Both the position numbers and the translations under genes were made by a program. From assembly GCA_019056805.1 (NCBI GenBank), contig DXJG01000004.1, positions 90,001-122,000 on the forward strand: 32,000 bases of DNA, read 5' to 3'. How positions within the stretch are numbered: the first letter of the stretch is position 1; each line of letters opens with the position of its first letter. Source of the DNA: Candidatus Baldrarchaeota archaeon (GTDB lineage Archaea > Asgardarchaeota > Baldrarchaeia > Baldrarchaeales > DXJG01). The notes under the pieces were generated by a model. The model saw nothing but the letters and a program-made list of their open reading frames with translations. It ran no database searches and had not been told where the DNA came from. Below, one piece after another: positions 1 through 7,987 of this stretch.

Positions 1-621
1 CCCAGTAAGATCTGGTCCAAAAGCATACCTCAAATAGTGCCCTGGTGAATTAGGATTCGCCATACTTCCAGTAGTAATTATTTCACCCGTAGGTAACACA
101 ACTTTTAAGCCTAAAACTTGCTCGCCAGTACAGCCGTAGAGAGCCGAACCAGGCCCCGCACCGTTTACCGCAACATTTCCAGCTACAGTTGCTGAAAGAG
201 AGCTCTCAGGATAAATAGGAAACCACAAACCCTTCTCCATCAATATTTTATCCAATTTTCCAAAAGTTATACCAGCCTCCACCGTAACCGACAAATTTTC
301 CTCATTAAGATCTAACACCTCATTCATCCTAGTTAAATCTATGATTATACCTCCTCTTCTCGCTAAAGCCTCTGCTTGAAGTCCTGTTCCTCCACCTCGA
401 GGAATAATTGGAACCTTATATTCATTTGCTAATTTAACGATTTCAGCAACTTCTTCGGTAGTTCTCGGTCTTACAACAAGGTCAGGCATGTAAGAATCAA
501 ATCCTGTAGAAGCTGTCACACTATAAGTAAGAAGCACATCAATGCTATCTGAAACATATTCTTCGCCAACAATGTCCTTTATTCTCTTAGCTATTTCCTT
601 AATTTTCATATCTTTAGACAA
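1..621 (-). CDS. FAD-binding oxidoreductase (GlcD / D-lactate dehydrogenase / FAD-linked oxidase family), N-terminal part; runs off the window start
   Basis: Absent from the ORF track; translated by hand. TTG at 621 lies 6 nt after GGAGGG (alternative ATG at 609). Reads MSKDMKIKEIAKRIKDIVGEEYVSD...PDLVVRPRTTEEVAEIVKLANEYKVPIIPRGGGTG...GGIIIDLTRMNEV...VTVEAGITFG...ATVAGNVAVNG...QVLGLKVVLPTGEII...GPDLTG, typical FAD_binding_4 motifs. Confidence 0.9.
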   Translation of the reverse strand, partial: MSKDMKIKEIAKRIKDIVGEEYVSDSIDVLLTYSVTASTGFDSYMPDLVVRPRTTEEVAEIVKLANEYKVPIIPRGGGTGLQAEALARRGGIIIDLTRMNEVLDLNEENLSVTVEAGITFGKLDKILMEKGLWFPIYPESSLSATVAGNVAVNGAGPGSALYGCTGEQVLGLKVVLPTGEIITTGSMANPNSPGHYLRYAFGPDLTG

Positions 622-654
622 AAACAACCCTCCAACACAGCTAAATATTGTGAA

Positions 655-996
655 TTACTTGAATATTTGTTTTAATTTTAATACATCGCTAAGAGATCCT
701 TTGACTTTCATTTTTCGTCTAATTAGAGCCCATGCAGCACTTTTTGTGCCTTCAAATAACCCTATTAATGTCTCTCTATCTATTTCAATTCTCATATCAG
801 GATTTTCAACTTCTCCTTCTTTTACCGTTATGTTGCCATCTTTAACCTCAAATATATATTTTTCACCAGATTTCAAAGTTAATTGAACAATGCGGTTCCA
901 TCCTTCAATTTTCTTCTTTGTTTCCGGATCCTGCAATCCTTCGTCAATTTTCTTTTGCATATAGCTTAGAAGATCTATTTCTTCACCCTCACCCAT
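655..996 (-). CDS. SCP2 sterol/lipid-binding domain protein
   Basis: YIFEVKDGNITVKEGEVENPDMRIEIDRETLIGLFEG...RKMKVKGSLSDVLKL matches the SCP2 pattern. Start moved from 1008 to ATG 996, which lies 5 nt after GGTGA. Confidence 0.85.
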   Translation of the reverse strand: MGEGEEIDLLSYMQKKIDEGLQDPETKKKIEGWNRIVQLTLKSGEKYIFEVKDGNITVKEGEVENPDMRIEIDRETLIGLFEGTKSAAWALIRRKMKVKGSLSDVLKLKQIFK

Positions 997-1113
997 CCAA
1001 ATCACCACATAACATTATTATCACTTACGATATGTAAATTGAAATATCGATTTCCGCATCCTTAATCTTTTCGGAACTTGAAAACAGAAATCGAAAATTA
1101 AAATTGAAGGTAT

Positions 1114-1130
1114 ATGACTTAAAATGTCAT
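1114..1130. promoter_or_regulatory. Possible operator palindrome ATGAC-N7-GTCAT upstream of the SCP2 gene
   Basis: atgac ttaaaat gtcat in the mtrH-SCP2 intergenic region. The arms are short and could be chance. Confidence 0.2.
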
Positions 1131-1176
1131 TAATTTCCAAAACTATTTTTATAACGTTTTAATTTTATTCTACTAA

Positions 1177-2103
1177 CTAAGACGGTTTCTTAAGTTTCTT
1201 AATGAACGTGTTTAGTGGATGAATATCAGTTTTAACCTTTATTCCTTCGAACTTCAATCCGTAGCTTATTAGAGATTCTATAGCAGCACATGCAGGAAAC
1301 ACGTACGGTGCATATCTGATAGGCCCATATATGATGAAATCTGCCCCAGCCAGTTGAACCATAGTTATTACAGCTGTATGAAAGGTTCTGAAGGAACCAC
1401 GCTTAAAAGGCCAGTTTTCACGGGATGTAAAAGATGCATTACATGGAGCACAACCGCATGGGAGTCCTAACTTACTCTTAATCTCACCTATAGCTTTTAC
1501 TACGAGGGATGTGGTTAAAAGATCTAAAACAGGAGCATCTATTAAAGGCTTTGTAATTCCAGCTTTAACACTTGCTGGAAGCAAAGTATCCTCAAGTACC
1601 TTTAACGTTCCGTTTGGAAAAGGGTTTGAAGTATTTAAAGCAAGTAAAACAGCTGCATCAATACCAAGTTCTCTTATTTTCTCAATTTCTTCATCATTTA
1701 TACGCGGACCTAAAGAATTATAGATAATTCTATCTTTCTCTCCGATTTCAATAGCAAATTTACATCCTTCAATTATGGTGTTAAAATTCGGAGAATCAAC
1801 TAAAATAGGAGCATCAGTTATCTCAAATATAAAAGATAAATAGTTTTTCATTGCTTCTGGTGTTTCAGCAATAACATCAACAGCATGAGGACAACCTGTT
1901 CCAGCGGAATATTTTTCCTGTATTTCAACTAACCTTTTAGCTTTAGTTTTATCGAATAGCCCCTTTTTGTGGTCAAAAACTACTTTGTGACCTTTAAAAA
2001 ATATGCTTCCAATCAATACAGGTGGATACTCTCCAGGTTGACCACCAAACTTTACTTCTCCTATCTCAAAAACTCTCTGTTCAACTGGAAACCTTCGAAT
2101 CAA
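1177..2103 (-). CDS. mtrH: MtrH/MtgA-family pterin:corrinoid methyltransferase (tetrahydromethanopterin S-methyltransferase subunit H homologue)
   Basis: N-terminal FEIGEVKFGGQPGEYPPVLIGSIFF-x-GH; ILVDS; IIYNSL; C-terminal GADFIIYGPI. TTG start overlaps the metE stop (TTGA). No other mtr subunits are in the window. Confidence 0.88.
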   Translation of the reverse strand: MIRRFPVEQRVFEIGEVKFGGQPGEYPPVLIGSIFFKGHKVVFDHKKGLFDKTKAKRLVEIQEKYSAGTGCPHAVDVIAETPEAMKNYLSFIFEITDAPILVDSPNFNTIIEGCKFAIEIGEKDRIIYNSLGPRINDEEIEKIRELGIDAAVLLALNTSNPFPNGTLKVLEDTLLPASVKAGITKPLIDAPVLDLLTTSLVVKAIGEIKSKLGLPCGCAPCNASFTSRENWPFKRGSFRTFHTAVITMVQLAGADFIIYGPIRYAPYVFPACAAIESLISYGLKFEGIKVKTDIHPLNTFIKKLKKPS

Positions 2104-3014
2104 AGTTCTTCCTCCACAATTTTCCTTGCTGCTTCGACCATAAGCTTAAGCTTTTCTTTCGCAATTTCTCTATCTAGTATTCTAAGACCACAGTCCGGAT
2201 GAACAACAACGTTATCTATACCAAAACGTATTACAGCTTTTCTCAAAATCCTCAAAATATGCTCAAAATCCTCAACTCTATTTATATCCGTTCTCACGCA
2301 TCCAACACCAATCTTCTTACCGTAGTCCTCAAGTTTTTCTTTTGATATAACCTCAAAATTCTCAGGATAAGCCGCAAAGGCATGGCTTAGAACACTTATC
2401 CCTTCGAAATCTAAGATCGTATTAAAGATTTTCTTGATATTGCCACATACATGTAAAGCAACTGGAACTTTTACATTCAAAGCTATTTTTTCAACGGCTT
2501 TCTTAGCTATATCCGTGGGAAAAGGAGTGACGGAGTACATAGGTTCATCTATCTGTATAGCATCTACTCCAGCTTTTTCAAGCCTTTCAGCCTCTACTGC
2601 AAGAGCTTCCGCAACATCCATATACAATCTTTCATCCCTATAGCCGGAGTAAGGTGAAGTTTTCCCAAGTCCCGTTGAAAAAACAAGAGTTACAGGCCCA
2701 GTTAATATACCCTTCACTTCAGCTTTGCCCTTAACATAACTTTTCACCCACCGAATATCATTAATTAGAAACGGCTCTTCTGAAGGCTGTATTCTACCCA
2801 CAATGTAGCTTTTCTCACCTTGAACTTTAAAACCGGGCAAGTGCGCTGTAAAATATTTTATCATATCGTATCTTGTTTGTCCATCAGAGATGAGTTTCAC
2901 ACCAGCCTCCAATTGGTCATCTACAGCAATTTTAATAGCATGTAAAAAGGGATCTTTTTCCTCTTTCTTAGGCTTTGCAGGGTAACTTCCTATAACGGTT
3001 GTGAGAAGTTCCAC
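2100..3014 (-). CDS. metE: Short (core, single-barrel) methionine synthase, MetE C-terminal domain type
   Basis: TTVIGSYP, DQLEAGVKLISDGQTR, GPVTL, IQIDEP, Zn motifs LHVCG and HPDCGL. Only 304 aa with no N-terminal folate-binding barrel. GTG start after AGGAGGT. Confidence 0.88.
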   Translation of the reverse strand: MELLTTVIGSYPAKPKKEEKDPFLHAIKIAVDDQLEAGVKLISDGQTRYDMIKYFTAHLPGFKVQGEKSYIVGRIQPSEEPFLINDIRWVKSYVKGKAEVKGILTGPVTLVFSTGLGKTSPYSGYRDERLYMDVAEALAVEAERLEKAGVDAIQIDEPMYSVTPFPTDIAKKAVEKIALNVKVPVALHVCGNIKKIFNTILDFEGISVLSHAFAAYPENFEVISKEKLEDYGKKIGVGCVRTDINRVEDFEHILRILRKAVIRFGIDNVVVHPDCGLRILDREIAKEKLKLMVEAARKIVEEEL

Positions 3015-3944
3015 TTAATCTACCTCCTGCTTAATTTCTTCAATAAGCTGGGTAGCAAGATTAGTATCCTTACATATTACGTGTATCCCATTAAACCCAA
3101 GTTCTCGAGCTTTAACAGCGATTTCCACGCAATTTTTAATTCCCATTTTAACATTTTTCCCCTTTTCTCTAAAATGTTCAATTATCCAAGAAGGTACATT
3201 GAAACTTGGAAAAGACATTAAGAAATTTAATTGTTCTCTTGAAATAATTGGGTAAATACTTACAATAATTGGAATTGGAAATCTGCCAATGAAATCTTTA
3301 AATGATGTTAGGACCTCAGGGTCAAAAACCATTTGAGTAAAAGCATATTCTGCTCCAGCATCAACTTTCATAAAAAATCTTTCCTTCTCTTCCTCTAAAG
3401 ATTTTGCAGATAAATTAACCACAACTCCAACATGCAACTCAGGTTTCCTCTCAAGCTGTAACTCAGATAAAAGCTTTTCTCCATCAATGAGATTTTTAAT
3501 CATTTTTACAGCTTGGATGGAGTTAATATCAAAAACAGGCTTAATATCCTTATTCATCATGGAGAGATCTCCAGTTACAACAACTATATTACGAATATTT
3601 AATATAACGGCTCCTAAAACCTCGGATACAATAGCAAGTCTATTCTTATCTCTACAACAAATGGTCATAATAGTTTCCACACCACCCCTCCTTTGAAGTT
3701 CACTACATAAAGCTAACGGGTGAGGAAAACTTTTTGCAAAAGGATTATTTGGAACAACAAAAGCATCAAAAAGCTCTCTAACTCTACTAACTTCTTCCAA
3801 AACCTCTTTAATTGCAAACTTCTTTAATCGTGCAACTTCCAACGTAAAAACAAAGCTCTCTTTCTTTAACGTTTCTAAAAACTTCGAATAACTATATTTA
3901 AAGTCATCATTTTTATCTGAATCTGGCACCTCTAAACCTCGCAC
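3015..3944 (-). CDS. metF: Methylenetetrahydrofolate reductase family protein
   Basis: FTLEV, TICCRDKNR, VVVTGD, VFDINSIQAV, GAEYAFTQMVFD match the MTHFR fold. Its stop directly abuts the metE start (TAA-GTG). Confidence 0.85.
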   Translation of the reverse strand: MRGLEVPDSDKNDDFKYSYSKFLETLKKESFVFTLEVARLKKFAIKEVLEEVSRVRELFDAFVVPNNPFAKSFPHPLALCSELQRRGGVETIMTICCRDKNRLAIVSEVLGAVILNIRNIVVVTGDLSMMNKDIKPVFDINSIQAVKMIKNLIDGEKLLSELQLERKPELHVGVVVNLSAKSLEEEKERFFMKVDAGAEYAFTQMVFDPEVLTSFKDFIGRFPIPIIVSIYPIISREQLNFLMSFPSFNVPSWIIEHFREKGKNVKMGIKNCVEIAVKARELGFNGIHVICKDTNLATQLIEEIKQEVD

Positions 3945-4104
3945 CCTAACCTAACTTAACTTTTACTTAAATCATAATGTCTAGAAAATATAAAACTATT
4001 TAAGTTTACACTTAAAGACAACATGTAAAGATTTGTAGTTTTAATAAAATTAACTTACCAAACAATTTTATAGTCCAACAACATATTTTTCCCAGTTTTA
4101 CCCT

Positions 4105-4698
4105 TTGGAGGTGATAGTTATACCAGTTGTCAAAGGCAAGGGATTTGAAGCAGAAGCTGTTATAGAAGTTGCAAGACTCATGGTTAATAGTGCTAGGACA
4201 GCTCCTAAATCAGCTGGAATAGATGACATAGAAATAGCATTAGTCTATGGAGCTGAAAAAGATGCATTGGTAGAGAAAATGCTTGAAATGGCAGAAGAGA
4301 AAAATGATATATTTTTTAAAAGAGATGCGAAAAGCGTAGAAAAAGCTCAAGCAGTACTCTTAATAGGAGTTAACGGTGGAAACCCGCTATGGATAAATTG
4401 CGGCGCATGTGGCTTCAAAACTTGCGAAGAATTCAAAAAAACAGAAAGAAAAGATTATGAACATTTCAAAGGACCTAACTGTGTATTTAAACTTCTAGAT
4501 TTAGGAATAGCAATAGGATCAGCGGTAAAAACTGCAAGTATACTAAATGTAGACAACAGAATCATGTTCAGGGCAGGAACGGCAGCAAGAAAACTAAAAT
4601 ATCTTGAAAGTGACGTAATAATGGCAATACCCTTAGCATCACTAGGAAAAAACCCATTCTTCGACAGAAAAGCACCAATATACAAACCAACAAAATAA
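4105..4698 (+). CDS. DUF2148 / COG4739 family protein with Cys cluster (putative Fe-S)
   Basis: ARTAPK-x-AGIDDI, NCGACGFKTC, GPNC, DLGIAIGSA, VDNRIM, GKNPFFDR. The true start may be ATA at 4120 (see findings). Confidence 0.8.
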   Translation: MEVIVIPVVKGKGFEAEAVIEVARLMVNSARTAPKSAGIDDIEIALVYGAEKDALVEKMLEMAEEKNDIFFKRDAKSVEKAQAVLLIGVNGGNPLWINCGACGFKTCEEFKKTERKDYEHFKGPNCVFKLLDLGIAIGSAVKTASILNVDNRIMFRAGTAARKLKYLESDVIMAIPLASLGKNPFFDRKAPIYKPTK

Positions 4699-4701
4699 AA
4701 C

Positions 4702-6393
4702 CTACGATATTTTTACATTATATTCCTTCTCAACTGTTTTAATTGTAACTTTCCCATCTAACAAGTCTTCTTTAATTTTTTCGCCATCTCTTTTCCGTGG
4801 ATCTCCGTAACCTCCCCCGCCCGGAGTTCTAATAATTATAACGTCTCCCTTATCTAGCTTAAATATACATTTACTTCTAAGCTTAACTTCTCTTCCATCC
4901 TTTTTTATGACTAGGTATTCTCCGGGTTCCCCAGGTTTTCCTCCAAATAAACCCCAGGGAGCTGTTTTATGTCTTTCACCAAGCGTACTCAAAGTTGCTT
5001 CACACAAAATTTTGTATATTCTTTCTATTCCTAGACCACCTCTCCATTGCCCAGCTCCCCCGCTATCCTCTCTTAAACTGTATTTTAATATCATTATTGG
5101 ATATCTTGCTTCAATTTCCTCGATAGGTGTATTCATGGTATTTGTCATATGGCTGTGAATTCCGTCCAAGCCATCTAATCCTTTTCTTCCTCCATATCCT
5201 CCACCAATTGTTTCATAAAAACTGAAAGGTTCCCCAGTTTTTGGATCCATGCCTCCAATACAAATATTGTTCATAGTTCCCTGACAAGCAGCTGGCACGC
5301 GATCAGGTACAATATTAGCAAAAGCTTTTAGTAATACATCAACTATGCGTTGAGAAGTTTCAACATTACCACCAGCAACAGCAGCAGGAAACTTAGCATT
5401 TAACAAGCACCCTTCAGGAGCATATACAGTTAAAGGCCTATAAGTACCTTCATTTGCAGGTATAGTTGGATCTGTTATACTTCTAAGAACATAATAAGAA
5501 CATGAAAGAGTTACTGGAAAAGGACAATTAATAGGACCATCAACCTGAGGATCAGTACCAGAAAAATCAAACCTAACACTATTATCCTTAATTTCAACCT
5601 TCACATGTACTCTTACAGGTTCATCAGAAATACCGTCATCATCCATGTAATCTTCTGCCTCGTAAACCCCGCTAGGCATCTTAGAAATTTCGGCTCTCAT
5701 TCTTCTCTCAGCATATCCTAAAATATCATCAACAATTTCACGAAAAGTTTCCAAACCATACCTTTCAATAAGTTCAACAACCCGTTTCTCTCCAATTTTA
5801 TTAGCTGCCATTTGAGCGTAAAGATCACCCATTCTAATATTAGGAGTCCTAACATTACTCAAAATAAGTCTAAGAACATCTTTTTCGATCTTTCCACGAC
5901 GAACAATTTTAACAGGAGGAATTATAAATCCCTCCTGAAAAATTTCAGTCGCATCACCCGGCATACTGCCAGGAGACTTACCACCCACGTCACTATGATG
6001 AGCACGACTCACAGAAAAACCAACAATCTCTCTCCCATAAAATATTGGTGAAATTAAAGTTATATCTGGAAGATGAGTCCCACCCCTATAAGGATCATTC
6101 AAAATAATCATATCACCTTTCTCAATTTCACCCTCAAAGTCTTTCAAAACAGTTTTTACAGCTAAGGGCATAGCTCCAAGGTGAACAGGTATATGTTCAG
6201 CTTGAGCGAGCATTTTACCTTGAGCATCAAATATAGCGCAACTATGGTCCATACGCTCCTTAATATTAGCTGAGTATGCTGCGTTTCTCAAAACTATACC
6301 CATTTCCTCAGCGGTGTATTCAAGAGCACCCATGATCACCTGCGTAACAATAATACGTTTCCCATATTTTTTGCTGTTCACAACAATCACCAT
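4702..6393 (-). CDS. hyuB: Hydantoinase B / 5-oxoprolinase subunit B
   Basis: AYSANIKERMDHSCAIFD, AEHIPVHLGAM, NDPYRGGTHLPD, HHSDVGG, GGNVETSQR, ETIGGGYG, SGGAGQWRGG, TPGGGGYGDP. Possible alternative start GTG at 6381. Confidence 0.92.
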   Translation of the reverse strand: MVIVVNSKKYGKRIIVTQVIMGALEYTAEEMGIVLRNAAYSANIKERMDHSCAIFDAQGKMLAQAEHIPVHLGAMPLAVKTVLKDFEGEIEKGDMIILNDPYRGGTHLPDITLISPIFYGREIVGFSVSRAHHSDVGGKSPGSMPGDATEIFQEGFIIPPVKIVRRGKIEKDVLRLILSNVRTPNIRMGDLYAQMAANKIGEKRVVELIERYGLETFREIVDDILGYAERRMRAEISKMPSGVYEAEDYMDDDGISDEPVRVHVKVEIKDNSVRFDFSGTDPQVDGPINCPFPVTLSCSYYVLRSITDPTIPANEGTYRPLTVYAPEGCLLNAKFPAAVAGGNVETSQRIVDVLLKAFANIVPDRVPAACQGTMNNICIGGMDPKTGEPFSFYETIGGGYGGRKGLDGLDGIHSHMTNTMNTPIEEIEARYPIMILKYSLREDSGGAGQWRGGLGIERIYKILCEATLSTLGERHKTAPWGLFGGKPGEPGEYLVIKKDGREVKLRSKCIFKLDKGDVIIIRTPGGGGYGDPRKRDGEKIKEDLLDGKVTIKTVEKEYNVKIS

Positions 6394-6485
6394 ATATAAA
6401 ACTCTGCTTAAGTAAGGCGAAACTGCATTGATCTTACAATGTTATCTAACTAAGTTTAAATGTACTACTTATAATTACTTAACTT

Positions 6486-6503
6486 AATATCCAAACGGAT
6501 ATT
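6486..6503. promoter_or_regulatory. Palindrome AATATCC-N4-GGATATT in the divergent hyuB/tldD intergenic region, possible operator
   Basis: Perfect 7-bp arms about 35 nt upstream of the tldD start. Confidence 0.3.
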
Positions 6504-6536
6504 TGTAGTGTTTAATTTGATAAGGGAGGATTGTTT

Positions 6537-7982
6537 TTGGAGCATGAAGATTTAGCTGAGTATGCAATTGAAGTAGGTGAAAAACTTGGCGTAGATTACA
6601 TCGAAGCTAGGCTTCAGAGGAATCTAAACAATGTTTTTCTATTAAAAAACGGTGTACCAGAAGCATCTGGGATAGAATCGTCCTTCGGTATCGGTGTAAG
6701 AGTTTTGGTCGATGGTGGCATGGGTTTTGTAAGCGTAAATCATTTCACAAAAGAACTTGTAAAGGAAAAAGTTGAAGAAGCAGTAAAAATAGCGAAAGCA
6801 TCTTCAAAAGTAAGGAAAAAGCCCATTGTTCTTTCAGAAGAGAAAATTGTGAAAGGTTCTTGGAAAACAATTTTTAGGCAAAATCCACTAGATGTACCAC
6901 CAGAAGAAAAATTGGAAATACTTTTAGATGTTGATAAAGCTATCCTCGACGTTGGGAACCGTTTAAAGGCAATGATCCCAGGGAGACTTCTACAGCTAAT
7001 GGACACCTATATCTACAAGTATTATGTGAATAGTGAAGGAACAAAGATTAGAAGCGAGATTTTAGGGGTTTCAGGATTTGCCGTAATAACAGTTGTAGAA
7101 CCATCTACAGGAGGATTTGAACAACAATACATGGATGTTGGAGCCACAAAAGGATACGAAGTATTAAAAGAATGGAATCTACCTAAAAAATGTGCAGATC
7201 TCGCTGAAATCTTGATTAAAATACTGAGAGAGGCAAAGAAACCTGTAACAGAGGAAGTAGATGTAGTTCTTGGACCTCAAATTGTAGGCATTGCTTGTCA
7301 CGAATCAGTGGGACATCCATATGAAGCAGATAGAATTTTGGGAAGAGAGGCAGCTCAAGCAGGAGAAAGTTTTGTTAAAAAAGAAATGCTAGGCCAAAAA
7401 GTCGGTAGTGAAGTAGTGAATGTTGTGGATGATCCAACAATTCCCAATTCCTATGGATACTATAGGTATGATGATGAAGGAGTACCAGCTAGGAAAAGAT
7501 ACCTCATCAAAAATGGAGTAATCAATGAATTTTTACACAACAGAGAAACTGCAGGCGAGTTTGGAATTCAAAGTAACGCTGCTGCAAGAGCTATGGGCTA
7601 TAATCGTGAACCTATTGTAAGAATGGCGAACACCTATCTTGAACCTGGAGATTATTCTTTTGAAGAACTTATTGAAGACATAAAAATAGGCGTTTACATG
7701 AAAACTTTTGGTGAATGGAACATAGATGACCGCAGATTTAACCAAAGATACATAGGTAAAGAGGCGTACCTAATTGAAAAGGGCGAAATAAAACATCTTG
7801 TGAAAAATCCAATTCTTGAAATAACAACCCCAGCATTCTGGAGCAGCGTTGACGCTGTGGGAAAAGCAGAGCTAATGGAGTTTGAAGCAGCTTTATGTGG
7901 TAAAGGAGACCCTGGTCAAGGAGCACCAGTATGGCATGGAGGGCCGCCTGCAAGATTAAGAAAAATCAAACTTGGAGGTTAA
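6537..7982 (+). CDS. tldD: TldD family metalloprotease
   Basis: HExxxH motif HESVGH(PYEADR); YDDEGV; PIVRMANTY; C-terminal CGKG. TTG 6537 lies 7 nt after GGAGG, whereas TTG 6531 abuts the SD. Confidence 0.92.
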   Translation: MEHEDLAEYAIEVGEKLGVDYIEARLQRNLNNVFLLKNGVPEASGIESSFGIGVRVLVDGGMGFVSVNHFTKELVKEKVEEAVKIAKASSKVRKKPIVLSEEKIVKGSWKTIFRQNPLDVPPEEKLEILLDVDKAILDVGNRLKAMIPGRLLQLMDTYIYKYYVNSEGTKIRSEILGVSGFAVITVVEPSTGGFEQQYMDVGATKGYEVLKEWNLPKKCADLAEILIKILREAKKPVTEEVDVVLGPQIVGIACHESVGHPYEADRILGREAAQAGESFVKKEMLGQKVGSEVVNVVDDPTIPNSYGYYRYDDEGVPARKRYLIKNGVINEFLHNRETAGEFGIQSNAAARAMGYNREPIVRMANTYLEPGDYSFEELIEDIKIGVYMKTFGEWNIDDRRFNQRYIGKEAYLIEKGEIKHLVKNPILEITTPAFWSSVDAVGKAELMEFEAALCGKGDPGQGAPVWHGGPPARLRKIKLGG

Positions 7983-7987
7983 AAACG

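Noticed and set aside
3945-4104. SAM/cobalamin riboswitch upstream of metF
   Set aside because: The region is very AT-rich with no conserved riboswitch helices visible; it reads as a divergent promoter.
7931-7987. 19-aa N-terminal extension of PmbA
   Set aside because: Overlaps the tldD 3' end; ATG 7988 has its own SD.
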